The notes: generated from the sequence alone by a model not told the origin. A stretch of DNA of 64,000 nt from an uncultured delta proteobacterium (GCA_963789395.1 CAWBKP010000024.1:128001-192000); one strand, 5' to 3'. Positions 49,197-60,362 are shown, counted from the first letter of the stretch. Made by a program: numbers and translations.

Positions 49197-50735
49197 ATGT
49201 CGGATACTTACGAAAAGGAACCTACTCAGGCCTGGATTACGACTTTCGCAGGCACAGCCATCAATCTCTGTCTGGGAATTTTATATGCCTGGAGTATGTG
49301 GGGAGCCGCTCTTGTCAGCGAAGTTACCTTGGCCCCCGGAGATGTGGTTACCAAAACAGCGGTGATTAAAGCTGCTGCTGCAACAGATGCAGATAAAACA
49401 CTGGCCGGAAACATGGTCGTTAAGGCTATGGAGGCCGTTCCCCGGGCCGAAGCCCTGAAAGTCAAATTCGGAACAAATCCAAAGGAGGGATATGTTCTTC
49501 TGGGGGATGTGAAAGGCGATCTCAGAGCCGGTGACATTATCACCAAGGCCGGTGAGCCAATGACAGACCCCAAAAACGTGGGATGGATTTATCTGAACAA
49601 TGCAGAGACGTCCACCCCATTTTCGCTCTGCGTCATCATCTTTGCACTCCTGATGATTCCCGGTGGAAAAATTCAGGATAAAATCAGCCCCAAATTCGGC
49701 GCCACCGTGGGCGGTCTGTTTCTTGCCGTCGGGTGTATCATCGCCGGCATGATGAAAAGCTATACGGGACTGGTCATCGGCTTTGGCATTTTCGGCGGCA
49801 TCGGCATGGGAATCGGCTATGCGGCGCCGACTCCGGCTGCCCTCAAATGGTTCGGTCCCCACCGACGCGGGCTCATCGCGGGCCTGGTGGTCGGCGGATA
49901 CGGCGGGGCGGCCCTTTATATCGGCCCCCTGGCCAAATACCTGATCAGTAATTTCGGTATCACCCAGAGCTTTGTGATTCTGGGGGTTCTCTTTGCAACC
50001 GTCGTGATTATTGCCGGCCAGCTCATCAAGATCCCCGGACCGGGGTATGTGCCTGCAGCGCCACGGGTTGCGCAAACCGCCAAACAGATGGCTGCTTCAA
50101 CCAAACATAACTGGGAAGCTGGCGAGATGATCCGGACCTGGCAGTTTTATGCGCTGGTATTCATGTTCATCCTGACCACCCAGTCCGGCCTGCTGATCAT
50201 TGCAAACGCCGCCGGGCTTTTGAGCAAAACAGGCGCCAAGATCCCCTTCTTTGCCGCCAATGCCTGGCTGCTGGTTTCTTTCGGGGGACTGGTCAATGCC
50301 GCGGGACGCGTGGGAACCGGTTTTTATTCGGACAAGATCGGACGGCTCAACGCCTATTGTCTGAACTGCGGGCTCTCCGCCCTGTGTCTGTTCACCCTTC
50401 CTTACATCATCGGCTCCGCCAATATTTTCCTGCTGTTTCTGGCTGTCGGCGTTGCCTACTGGCAGTACGGCGGCGGGCTTTCCCTGATGCCGTCCTTTGT
50501 CGGCGACTTTTACGGTCCCAAAAACCTGGGTTTTAATTACGGCCTGGTATTCATCGGCTGGGGCCTTGGATTTTTCATGGCCAGACTGGGCGGCACCATC
50601 AAAGACCTTACCGGAAGCCTCAACTATGCGTTTTATATTTCAGGCGCACTGCTGGTCGTCGGTGTAATTCTGGCCTTCAGCACCAGCCGACCGCTCTGGG
50701 GTGAAGAATCACAGAACGTAAAGGTCAATGCTTAA
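49197..50735 (+). CDS. OFA-family MFS transporter
   Basis: LGILYAWS, GGKIQDKISPK, KWF..RRGL..G, NAAGR..G..SDKIGR. Confidence 0.88.
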   Translation: MSDTYEKEPTQAWITTFAGTAINLCLGILYAWSMWGAALVSEVTLAPGDVVTKTAVIKAAAATDADKTLAGNMVVKAMEAVPRAEALKVKFGTNPKEGYVLLGDVKGDLRAGDIITKAGEPMTDPKNVGWIYLNNAETSTPFSLCVIIFALLMIPGGKIQDKISPKFGATVGGLFLAVGCIIAGMMKSYTGLVIGFGIFGGIGMGIGYAAPTPAALKWFGPHRRGLIAGLVVGGYGGAALYIGPLAKYLISNFGITQSFVILGVLFATVVIIAGQLIKIPGPGYVPAAPRVAQTAKQMAASTKHNWEAGEMIRTWQFYALVFMFILTTQSGLLIIANAAGLLSKTGAKIPFFAANAWLLVSFGGLVNAAGRVGTGFYSDKIGRLNAYCLNCGLSALCLFTLPYIIGSANIFLLFLAVGVAYWQYGGGLSLMPSFVGDFYGPKNLGFNYGLVFIGWGLGFFMARLGGTIKDLTGSLNYAFYISGALLVVGVILAFSTSRPLWGEESQNVKVNA

Positions 50736-50746
50736 AAAGTAATTCC

Positions 50747-50772
50747 CCGGGTAATCCTATTGGATTGCCCGG
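50747..50772 (+). terminator. Stem-loop after the MFS gene
   Basis: CCGGGTAATCC-TATT-GGATTGCCCGG. Confidence 0.5.
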
Positions 50773-51028
50773 CCAGCACATTGTGACGTTAAAATATGTT
50801 CGAGAAAAACACACGTAAAATAGTTAAGTTTAATTTCTATCGCTAATGATTTAGCTACACGTTTCAATTTTCATTACAGGACTCTTGTTCTTTGCCCGAT
50901 CTGAATATTGTAATAGATGAACACAATATAAAATAATACATATTTAAACAATTAAGTTATAATTATACATTGACTTAAAAATAATTAGTTTATAATATGA
51001 TATAACAAATAAATAAGGTTCATTAATT

Positions 51029-51658
51029 ATGGGGATTCACGAGAGAAAAGAGCGGGAAAAAGAGCGCAGGCGACAACAGATTATGGTTGCCGCAAAACGG
51101 GTCTTTTCTGTAAGCGGATTCAGCAAGTCTACCATGGAAGATATTGCCAGGGAAGCTGAGCTCAGCCCTGGAACCATTTACCTGTATTTCAAAAACAAAG
51201 ATGAATTGTATGCGTCGCTCTCTGTCAGGATACTTCAATACCTGAGCATTCGGCTCAAACATGTTCTCGATAACAAGGATCTTCAACCCGAACAGTATAT
51301 TGATGCCCTCAAACAGGCCATGCTCGATGTCTATGATTTTGATCCGTTAATCGTGATCAATCTGTTTCAGCTTCAATCCAGCGAAACGCTAAAAAATCTG
51401 ACGCCGGAGCTTCTCGAGGAAATTACGGATCTGTCCAGGAATTCTCTGGAAGCCATGGCCAACATATTCAAGATGGGAGTCAAAAAAAAGGTGTTTATCG
51501 ATCGGCATCCTTTTGCGCTGGCAGACACCTTGTGGGCGTTATTTTCGGGAATTATTCTCTGGGAGGAGAGCAAGAAAATCATAAACGAGGACAAAGACTA
51601 CCTCAAGCCAACGCTTGATCTTGCATTTGAAGTTTTTTCACGGGGCGTAACGCGTTAA
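51029..51658 (+). CDS. TetR/AcrR family regulator
   Basis: [26 protein letters not shown]. Confidence 0.93.
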   Translation: MGIHERKEREKERRRQQIMVAAKRVFSVSGFSKSTMEDIAREAELSPGTIYLYFKNKDELYASLSVRILQYLSIRLKHVLDNKDLQPEQYIDALKQAMLDVYDFDPLIVINLFQLQSSETLKNLTPELLEEITDLSRNSLEAMANIFKMGVKKKVFIDRHPFALADTLWALFSGIILWEESKKIINEDKDYLKPTLDLAFEVFSRGVTR

Positions 51659-51723
51659 TTGCAGTCGGAAATAATGGATAAAACAAAACAACCAATAACA
51701 CGATCATGGGGAGGAATTGACCA

Positions 51724-53778
51724 ATGGCAGAACAAGTAGAAAAAGCAGAAGTTGTTGAAACATCAGAAGCGCAGATTGCGGTACATTGGCAGGAAGAAGA
51801 GTATTACTATGCGTCCAAGAAGTTCATTGCCCAGGCCAACATGACGGATGAAGGCATCTATGATCGATTCAGTCTGGATAATTTCCCGAACTGCTACAAG
51901 GAGTATGCGGACCTTCTGGACTGGTATGAATACTGGCACACCACTCTGGACACCAGCGATGCGCCGTGCTGGAAATGGTTTGTGGGCGGAAAAATTAATG
52001 CCAGCTATAACTGTATCGACCGTCATCTTCCCAAAAACAAAAACAAGACCGCTATCCATTTTGTCCCGGAACTGGAAAATGAAAAAGTCGAACACATCAC
52101 CTATCAGGAACTGTATGTTCGGGTAAATGAATTTGCAGCCGTATTGAAGGATTTCTGCGGATTGAAGGCCGGAGACCGGGTGACGCTGCATATGCCCATG
52201 ACCGCGGAGCTTCCCATTACCATGCTGGCCTGCGCCCGTCTGGGCATCATTCACTCCGAGGTATTCGGCGGGTTCAGCGGAAAAGCTGCGGCAGACCGGG
52301 TTCAGGACTCTCAAAGTGAAGTCTTGATCACCATCGACGGTTACTATCGCGGCGGCGGTCTTATCGACCACAAGGAAAAGGCTGATATCGCTTTTGATGA
52401 AGCCAAGAAACAGGGTCAGACCTTGAAAAAAATTCTGGTCTGGCAGCGGTATCCCGGCAAATATTCCAGCCCCACCCCGCTGGTCGAAGGCAGGGATTTT
52501 ATCGTCAATGATCTGTTGAAAAAATACTACGGTGTTCGCATCGACCCGGTGCCGATGCCTGCAGAAGCCCCGCTCTTTTTGATGTACACCAGCGGCACCA
52601 CCGGAAAACCCAAGGGCTGCCAGCACAGCACCGGCGGCTATCTGGCTTATGTTACCGGAACCTCCAAATTCGTTCAGGACATCCATCCGGAAGATGTCTA
52701 CTGGTGCATGGCAGACATCGGCTGGATCACCGGACATTCCTACATCGTTTACGGCCCGCTGGCGCTTTGCGCCTCATCGGTCATCTATGAAGGCATTCCC
52801 ACCTATCCGGATGCCGGCAGGACCTGGAGAATCGCCCAGAACCTGGATGTCAACATTTTCCATACTGCCCCCACGACCATTCGCGCCTTAAGAAAAGTCG
52901 GGCCGGATGAACCCGCAAAGTATAACTATCATTTTAAACACATGACCACCGTCGGCGAGCCCATCGAACCGGCTGTATGGAAATGGTATCATAAAGAAGT
53001 CGGCAAAGGCGAGGCCATTATTGTTGACACCTGGTGGCAGACCGAAACCGGCGGATTTCTCTGCAGCACCCTGCCGGCACTGAGGCCCATGAAACCGGGA
53101 AGCGCGGGACCTGGCATGCCAGGCATTCACCCCATCATTTATGACGAAGATGGACATGAACTGCCATCAGGATGCGGCAAGGCCGGCAACATCTGCATTC
53201 AGAACCCCTGGCCGGGCGGATTCCAGACCATCTGGGGAGATCGGGAACGCTTTGTCCGTCAGTATTATCAGCGGTATTGCAAAGACCCGAACAGCAAGGA
53301 CTGGAGAGATTGGCCGTATCTGACCGGGGATGCAGCGGTTCAGGCTCCGGATGGGTATTATCGAATTCTGGGCAGAATCGACGATGTCATCAATGTTTCC
53401 GGCCATCGTCTGGGAACCAAGGAACTTGAGTCTGCGGCCATGACGGTTAACGAAGTGGCGGAAGCCGCGGTCGTGCCGGTTGCCGATGAAATCAAGGGCA
53501 AGGTTCCGGATCTGTATGTGTCTTTGAAACCAGGATTTACGCCAAGCAAGGAACTTGAAGATAAAATCGTCAAAGCCCTTGTGGTGGAGATAGGCCCCAT
53601 TGCCAAACCCAGAAAGGTCTGGATTGTGCCCGATATGCCTAAAACACGATCCGGTAAGATCATGCGCAGGGTACTGGGCTCCCTTTCCAACAAGACGGAT
53701 GTCGGCGACGTGATGACCCTGGCCAACCCGGAAATTGTTGAAGCCATTCATGGTATGGTTGATGGTTATAAAGGATGA
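51724..53778 (+). CDS. acs: Acetyl-CoA synthetase (AMP-forming)
   Basis: YTSGTTGKPKG, ADIGWITGHSY, DTWWQTETG, PKTRSGKIMRR. Confidence 0.95.
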   Translation: MAEQVEKAEVVETSEAQIAVHWQEEEYYYASKKFIAQANMTDEGIYDRFSLDNFPNCYKEYADLLDWYEYWHTTLDTSDAPCWKWFVGGKINASYNCIDRHLPKNKNKTAIHFVPELENEKVEHITYQELYVRVNEFAAVLKDFCGLKAGDRVTLHMPMTAELPITMLACARLGIIHSEVFGGFSGKAAADRVQDSQSEVLITIDGYYRGGGLIDHKEKADIAFDEAKKQGQTLKKILVWQRYPGKYSSPTPLVEGRDFIVNDLLKKYYGVRIDPVPMPAEAPLFLMYTSGTTGKPKGCQHSTGGYLAYVTGTSKFVQDIHPEDVYWCMADIGWITGHSYIVYGPLALCASSVIYEGIPTYPDAGRTWRIAQNLDVNIFHTAPTTIRALRKVGPDEPAKYNYHFKHMTTVGEPIEPAVWKWYHKEVGKGEAIIVDTWWQTETGGFLCSTLPALRPMKPGSAGPGMPGIHPIIYDEDGHELPSGCGKAGNICIQNPWPGGFQTIWGDRERFVRQYYQRYCKDPNSKDWRDWPYLTGDAAVQAPDGYYRILGRIDDVINVSGHRLGTKELESAAMTVNEVAEAAVVPVADEIKGKVPDLYVSLKPGFTPSKELEDKIVKALVVEIGPIAKPRKVWIVPDMPKTRSGKIMRRVLGSLSNKTDVGDVMTLANPEIVEAIHGMVDGYKG

Positions 53779-53814
53779 TGGTCATGAGTTTGTAACCGTC
53801 CCTTGAAAAACACG

Positions 53815-53850
53815 AGCCGGAAGAATGAGAGGATTCTTCCGGCTTTTTTT
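53815..53850 (+). terminator. Rho-independent terminator
   Basis: AGCCGGAAGAAT-loop-ATTCTTCCGGCT followed by a T-tract. Confidence 0.85.
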
Positions 53851-54009
53851 ATTTGCCGTTTTATATAGTTGTTGTATTTTATTGTCAGAATCGCTATGAA
53901 TTGAATTAATTAAATTAGTCGCATGGATTATTTAATTTTGGTATATTTAGTGGCAAAGTAAACTTAATTTATTGTTTATTGAATGTGCTATCAGAAAGGA
54001 GAACCGAAT

Positions 54010-55915
54010 ATGAGTAACCCCTATGTCGAGGCGTTTGAATCCTCCATAAAAACCCCGGATGTGTTCTGGGCAAAAGCAGCCGAAGATCTGCACTGGTACA
54101 AAAAATGGGATAAAGTGCTGGATGACTCGAAAAAGCCGTTTTACCGCTGGTTTACGGGCGGAATCGTCAATACCTGCTACAATGCCCTGGACTATCATGT
54201 CGAAAACGGCAGGGCCAATCAGATTGCCCTGATTTATGACAGTCCTGTCACGGACACGGTAAAGAAATATACTTATGCGGAGTTAAGGGATGAAGTTGCG
54301 ATATTTGCCGGTGCGCTGGCTGCCCGCGGGGTCGTAAAAGGAGACCGGGTTCTGATCTACATGCCCATGATCGCGGAAGCGGCCGTGGCCATGCTGGCCT
54401 GCGCCCGGCTGGGTGCGGTCCATTCCGTTGTTTTCGGCGGCTTTGCAGCCAACGAGCTTGCGACCCGCATTAATGATGCCAAACCCAAGGTGATCGTGTC
54501 CGCCTCCTGCGGCATTGAAGTCAAGAGAGTGATTCCCTATAAAGCCCTGCTGGACGGCGCCATTGAAATGGCCGACTCAAAGCCGGGTACCTGCATCATC
54601 TTTCAGCGGCCCATGGAGACCGCGTCCCTGATCGCCGGCCGCGACATCGACTGGGCCACCGCCATCAAGGGCGTCAAGCCCCATGACTGCGTGCCGGTTG
54701 CCGCAACCGATCCGCTGTACATTCTGTATACTTCCGGCACCACCGGCGTTCCCAAAGGCGTTGTCCGCGACAACGGCGGCCACATGGTGGCGCTAAAATG
54801 GACCATGAAGGCGGTCTACAACGTGGATGCAGGAGATGTTTACTGGGCGGCCTCTGACGTGGGCTGGGTCGTGGGACATTCCTATATCGTTTACGGGCCG
54901 CTCTTAAAGGGCTGCACCACCATCCTGTATGAAGGCAAGCCTGTGGGCACGCCGGATGCCGGCGCGTTCTGGCGCGTGATTTCCCAGCACAAGGTAAAAG
55001 CCCTGTTTACCGCGCCCAACGGCTTTCCGGGCCATCAAAAGAGAAGATCCGGAAGGCAAATTGTTGAAGGATTACGACATATCCTGCTTTGCCACGCTTT
55101 TCCTTGCAGGGGAAAGATCCGATCCAGACACCCTGAAATGGGCGGAAAACAACATCAAGGTTCCGGTCATCGACCACTGGTGGCAGACGGAGACCGGATG
55201 GGCCATTGCCGCCAACTGCATGGGGCTTCATCACTATCCGGTTGTCTATGGTTCGCCCACCAAGCCGGTGCCGGGATGGAACGTCATGGTCGTGAATCCG
55301 GAAAATGAAGTCGTCAAAACCGGAGACATCGGCGCGCTGGTGGTAAAGCTGCCGCTGCCGCCCGGAAGCCTGCCCACGCTCTGGAACAATGACGAGGGAT
55401 TCGTAAAGTCATATCTTGAGGAATTCCCCGGCTACTACAAGACGGCGGACGCCGGATACATGGATGAAAACGGTTACGTCTATGTCATGTCCCGAACCGA
55501 TGACATCATCAATGTAGCCGGTCACAGACTTTCCACAGGTGCCATGGAAGAAATCCTTGCGGACCATCCCCAGGTTGCCGAATGCGCGGTTCTGGGCGTG
55601 GAAGACGACTTGAAAGGCCAGGTTCCCATCGGGTTTCTTGTTCTGAATGCCGGCGTGACCCGGGACCATAAGGAGATTGTTAAAGAAGTCGTTCAGATGG
55701 TCAGGGACCGCATCGGGCCGGTGGCATCGTTTAAAACCGCCACGGTGGTTAAACGGCTTCCCAAGACCCGTTCCGGGAAGATTCTGAGAGGGACCATTCA
55801 AAAAATTGCGGACAACAAGGAGTATAAGCTGCCGGCAACCATCGATGACCCGGCGACTCTGGACGAAATGGCAGTGGCCTTGACATCCATTGGCTATGCA
55901 AAAGGCAGAAAATAG
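54010..55915 (+). CDS. prpE: Propionyl-CoA synthetase, one extra A near 55018
   Basis: YTSGTTGVPKGVVRDNGG, ASDVGWVVGHSY, LAGER, DHWWQTETG, PKTRSGK. Confidence 0.88.
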
Positions 55916-56021
55916 TGAATTTCGACTTGAATGTACATGCCTCCATGTCATTTTGAAGAGGACGTGAAACACTGCGGTATCAGATTGTTTGACAAATTGA
56001 TATTCCGCATACCGTGACTGC

Positions 56022-56069
56022 AAATCAGCCGGCGCAAATTTATTATTCTGCGCCGGCTGATTTATTTTT
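56022..56069 (+). terminator. Rho-independent terminator
   Basis: AAATCAGCCGGCGCA-loop-TGCGCCGGCTGATTT followed by ATTTTT. Confidence 0.8.
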
Positions 56070-56351
56070 GACTCACTCCTATCTCTCCTTTTAAAGCCCT
56101 CGTTTTATTTTATTGTGTAGTCGGCGATGGTTATAGTATTTACAGGCCCATTCAATCGGTAAATTCTCTTATTCCCACTAGCGTGATTATTTTATCAAAG
56201 TAGTTTGGCGCAGGCGGAAAAACGCTTGGAACAATGGCCACAAAATAACTTGGGAGATTGTTTTTTAGTGATGGAATCAATTTATCGGGTTGTAGAAAAA
56301 GGCTGAAGCTCCTCATCTGGTTGGATGTGCTTGAAAAGGAATGATCTATCC

Positions 56352-57449
56352 GTGAAAATATCAGAATTATTTATCGATGAGCAGGTGAAGGATTTCCCTG
56401 TTGTGGCGCAAGTTCAGTCCCGTCTGGGAATTGCCGGCAGGGTGATCAGCGATCCCGGCGATGTATTTCAGTTGGTTTCTCAGGCAGATGATCCAATCCA
56501 GAAGGGAAAAGAAGTTCTTTATCTGACCCGAAACAAGGGTGCTTTTGTCCGGGACTGTCCGGGAACCCGTTCCTATACCTGCTGCGGGTATAAAATCCTG
56601 CATATCGGCACGTTCTGCACCATGGATTGCTCGTATTGTATTTTGCAGGCTTATTTTCATCCGCCGCTGCTTCAGTTTTATGTCAATCATGAGGACATGG
56701 TTCGCGAACTGGCGCAGGAATTTTCAAAACCCGGCATTCGTAGAATCGGCACCGGTGAATTTACGGACAGCATGATCTGGGAATCCGGGACCGATCTATC
56801 GGCACTTATCGTTCCGCTTTTCGGGGCCCAGACCCGGGCGGTGCTGGAACTGAAAACCAAAACTACCGATATCCGGCGGTTAAAACACCTTGCCCATAAC
56901 CAAAAGACGATCTGTGCCTGGTCCTTGAATACCGAAAGGGTTATTCGGGAACAGGAGCGGCGCACGGCATCGCTGAATGCACGGCTTGAGGCTGCCGGAA
57001 CCTGCGAGTCCTGGGGATATCCCCTGGCGTTTCATTTTGACCCGATTGTTCTTTATGAAGGGTGTGAGGGAGAATACCGGCAGGTTATTCAAAAACTGTT
57101 CGAACGGGTATCCGCGGATAACATTGTCTGGATCAGCATCGGTTCATTTCGGTTTATCCCGGAATTAAAGAACATTATTCGGAACCGGTTCAGCGATTCC
57201 ACACTGGTTTACGGCGAGTTTATCACGGGTCTGGATAACAAGATGCGGTATTTTAAACCACTTCGTCTCAATTTTTATCAAAAAATGGTTTCCTGGATCA
57301 GGGAACTGGCCCCGGATGTCCGGATCTATTTCTGCATGGAAGATGATGAGGTCTGGGAAAAAACCTTGGGGTTCACGCCTGAAAAATACGGGGGGTTGTC
57401 CAGAATGCTGGATTTGAGTGCTGAAAATCATTGCGGGCTGACAATCTGA
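56352..57449 (+). CDS. Spore photoproduct lyase-like radical SAM protein
   Basis: CPGT..YTCC, CTMDCSYC (CxxxCxxC), GTGEFTDS, ELKTK, WSLN, HFDP, YFCME. Confidence 0.85.
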   Translation: MKISELFIDEQVKDFPVVAQVQSRLGIAGRVISDPGDVFQLVSQADDPIQKGKEVLYLTRNKGAFVRDCPGTRSYTCCGYKILHIGTFCTMDCSYCILQAYFHPPLLQFYVNHEDMVRELAQEFSKPGIRRIGTGEFTDSMIWESGTDLSALIVPLFGAQTRAVLELKTKTTDIRRLKHLAHNQKTICAWSLNTERVIREQERRTASLNARLEAAGTCESWGYPLAFHFDPIVLYEGCEGEYRQVIQKLFERVSADNIVWISIGSFRFIPELKNIIRNRFSDSTLVYGEFITGLDNKMRYFKPLRLNFYQKMVSWIRELAPDVRIYFCMEDDEVWEKTLGFTPEKYGGLSRMLDLSAENHCGLTI

Positions 57450-57519
57450 TAGCCCACATAGCGTCCATGAGGAAATGGGCTTTCATGCTGATCTGTGTTG
57501 ATAGATCAAGGCGGGGTAA

Positions 57520-58230
57520 ATGAAAAAACAAAAGCAGATTTTCAGGGTGTTGCTTTTTGTGTGTGTAACCCTTGTGTGCGCATCACAGGCGTCATCGGAT
57601 GCGTTATTTTCAGTGCGGCGGGTTTTTGATGGCGATACCGTTGAGCTGGGAAACGGTTGGCACGTTCGTTATATCGGCATCAATGCACCGGAAATCGCGC
57701 ATCCGGATAAACCCGGGGAACCTTTCGGGGCTGAATCACTGGCATTCAATGAAAAACTCGTGTTGACCAAACCGGTTCGGATACAGCAGGACCAGGAAGC
57801 ATCCGATCAGTATCACCGGCATCTGGCATATGTATTTTTGCAGGATGGTACGTTTGTGAATCAGGAAATTGTCCGAAACGGACTGGCCTATGTCCTGTAT
57901 CAATTACCGAATATCACCAACGCCGCCGTATTGTTACAATCCCAGCAGGAGGCAATGAAGGCCGGAAAGGGGATATGGGGCAACTGGAAGGAAACATCCG
58001 CAGATTACATCGGCAATAAAAAATCCAGACGGTTCCATCTGAAAACCTGTGCGTTTGGTCAGCGGACATCGAAACAAAACCGGATTCATTTCGACCGGAA
58101 ATGGGATGCGTTCTGGGAAGGATATGCGCCCTGTAAAAAATGTATGGGGCAAGAGCCGATTAACAACAGCGATGAGAACAAGAAAAGCGGGAAAAGAGTG
58201 AAACAGGAGGCGAACGATAAGTCTGAATGA
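57520..58230 (+). CDS. Secreted thermonuclease (SNase) with C-terminal Ada-type metal-binding domain
   Basis: Signal peptide, DGDT, RYIGINAPE, DQYHRHLAYV; GNKKSRRFH...C...GYAPCKKC. Confidence 0.88.
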   Translation: MKKQKQIFRVLLFVCVTLVCASQASSDALFSVRRVFDGDTVELGNGWHVRYIGINAPEIAHPDKPGEPFGAESLAFNEKLVLTKPVRIQQDQEASDQYHRHLAYVFLQDGTFVNQEIVRNGLAYVLYQLPNITNAAVLLQSQQEAMKAGKGIWGNWKETSADYIGNKKSRRFHLKTCAFGQRTSKQNRIHFDRKWDAFWEGYAPCKKCMGQEPINNSDENKKSGKRVKQEANDKSE

Positions 58231-58264
58231 AATCCCCCCTGTTTTCCTAAAGGGGGATTTCATT
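58226..58264. terminator. Bidirectional terminator between convergent genes
   Basis: AATGAAATCCCCC-loop-GGGGGATTTCATT. Confidence 0.75.
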
Positions 58265-58289
58265 GAATTCGGATGAATGGGTATCCGCG

Positions 58290-60362
58290 TTATTCCTTGT
58301 CTTTGTTCAGCTCAACCAGCAGCTTTTCGGAAATCAGGGCCGGCACTTCATCGTAATGAGAAAACGCCATGCTGTAAACGCCTCTGCCGCCGGTCATGGA
58401 GGTGAGGTCCGGTGCATAGGACAAAAATTCAGACATCGGCACATTGGCTTTGATTACCTGGTATTTGCCCTCGGAATCCATCCCGAGCACCCGGCCGCGG
58501 CGGCTGTTCAAATCTCCCATGATATCGCCCATGAATTCTTCCGGTGTTGTTATTTCAACGCTCAGAATCGGTTCCAGAAGAACCGGCTTGGCTTCAGCCA
58601 CAGCCTTTTTAAAAGCCAGTGAACCAGCGATCTTAAAGGCCATTTCCGATGAATCCACGGCGTGGTAAGATCCGTCATCCAGCGTTACCCTGAAATCCAC
58701 ACAAGGGTATCCCGCCAAAACCCCCTTCTGGGCAGCATCAATAATCCCTTTTTCAACAGCCGGAATATAGGACCTGGGGACGGAGCCGCCGACAATGGCA
58801 TCCACAAATTCAAACCCCGCACCCCTGGGCAGAGGCTCCATCTGAATCCAGCAGTCTCCAAACTGGCCGTGGCCACCGGATTGTTTTTTATGTCTGCCCT
58901 GTACGCGGACTTTTTTCTTAATGGTTTCCCGATATGGAACTTTTGGGGTTTTCAGATGCACTTCCACATTGTATTTGCGTTTAAGCTTTTCAATGGCGGC
59001 TTCAATATGGACCTGACCCCTTCCGGACAAGAGAATTTCCTTGGTCTCGGCAGTTCTTTCCAGCTTGAGTGCGGAGTCTTCTTCCAGCATCTTGGTCAGC
59101 GAGATGAAGATTTTATCTTCATCGCCGGATCCCTTGGTGGTGATTGCAAACGTGATCAGGGTGGGAAGGGGTTCTGGAAAGGGGAAGCTGATTTTATTGG
59201 ATTCATCGCAAAGGGTATCGCCGGTAAAGGTTTCTTTGAGTTTGGCGACAGCGACAATGGAGCCCGGACCGGCGCTTTTGGCTGGTTTTTGTTCTTTCCC
59301 GGCAATTGTCAAAAGCTGATTAAAGCGCTCTTTGACATCTTTGTTGACGTTGTAAAAATTGCCGTCGGACCCCAGTGAGCCGGAAACCACCCGGAATATC
59401 GAGAGCCGGCCGGCATAAGGATCTGCGACGGTCTTAAAAACAAAGGCGGAAAACGGTGCATCCGGGTCCGGCGCCCGTTCGATTTCATTTCCCACCACCG
59501 GATCCATCCCGACTTTGGGCATGCGGTCCAATGGCGAAGGCATGCAGTTGACAATGAAATCCATCAACAGATCAATACCAACGGCTTTAATGGCGGAGGC
59601 ACACAGCACAGGGGAAAATATGCGGGATATGGTTCCCTTCTTCAGGGCTGTTTTGAGTTCGTCGTCTGAAATTGTTTCCCCTTCAAGATATCGTTCAAGC
59701 AGCGTGTCATCGGCTTCGGCGATATTTTCAACCAATTTTTCACGTTCTTCCTCAACCAGGGATTGCATATCCGAAGGAATTTCACCGGCGGTAGCCTTGC
59801 CAGTGGCATCGTAGGTATAGGCTTTCATGGCGATCAAATCAACTATCCCTTTGAAATCCGCTTCGGTCCCTATGGGCAAATGCAGTATGACGGGCTTGGG
59901 TTCAAAGGATTTAACGGCATCCTGAAAAGCTCTGGTAAAATCCGCCCGTTCCCTGTCCAGTTTGTTGATCAAAATCACGCAGGGCAATTTCAATTCTTGG
60001 GCGAAGTTCCAGGCCTGATCGGTCTGAACTTTAACCCCGTCGACGGCATCTACCAGAACAACTGCGCCATCAACCGCCTGCATACAAAATTTGGTGTCCG
60101 TAAAAAAATTTTGATCACCCGGCGTATCAACCAGGGTGACAGAATGTTTTTTCCAGTTAAATTGATGGAAGCCGCTGCTAATACTGATGTTGCGCTTGAG
60201 TTCTTCAGGCTCGAAATCCATTGCCGTATTGCCATCCTCGACACGTCCAAGACGATTGGTTACGCCGGTCTGGTACAGCATGACTTCGGCTAAAGAAGTT
60301 TTTCCAGAGTTACCATGGCCCACAAGCGCAATATTTCTTATTTTATCAATCACTTCAGTCAT
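58290..60362 (-). CDS. fusA: Elongation factor G paralog (EF-G2-like)
   Basis: GHGNSGKTS, DTPG, NKLD, KQSGGHGQFG, HAVDSSEMAF; RNISI in place of RGITI; not in a str operon. Confidence 0.9.
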   Translation of the reverse strand: MTEVIDKIRNIALVGHGNSGKTSLAEVMLYQTGVTNRLGRVEDGNTAMDFEPEELKRNISISSGFHQFNWKKHSVTLVDTPGDQNFFTDTKFCMQAVDGAVVLVDAVDGVKVQTDQAWNFAQELKLPCVILINKLDRERADFTRAFQDAVKSFEPKPVILHLPIGTEADFKGIVDLIAMKAYTYDATGKATAGEIPSDMQSLVEEEREKLVENIAEADDTLLERYLEGETISDDELKTALKKGTISRIFSPVLCASAIKAVGIDLLMDFIVNCMPSPLDRMPKVGMDPVVGNEIERAPDPDAPFSAFVFKTVADPYAGRLSIFRVVSGSLGSDGNFYNVNKDVKERFNQLLTIAGKEQKPAKSAGPGSIVAVAKLKETFTGDTLCDESNKISFPFPEPLPTLITFAITTKGSGDEDKIFISLTKMLEEDSALKLERTAETKEILLSGRGQVHIEAAIEKLKRKYNVEVHLKTPKVPYRETIKKKVRVQGRHKKQSGGHGQFGDCWIQMEPLPRGAGFEFVDAIVGGSVPRSYIPAVEKGIIDAAQKGVLAGYPCVDFRVTLDDGSYHAVDSSEMAFKIAGSLAFKKAVAEAKPVLLEPILSVEITTPEEFMGDIMGDLNSRRGRVLGMDSEGKYQVIKANVPMSEFLSYAPDLTSMTGGRGVYSMAFSHYDEVPALISEKLLVELNKDKE

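Noticed and set aside
38441..55915. Programmed frameshifting or pseudogenes in cimA, ilvB and prpE
   Set aside because: Each break is a single extra base in a short run within an otherwise intact conserved gene, typical of long-read insertion error.
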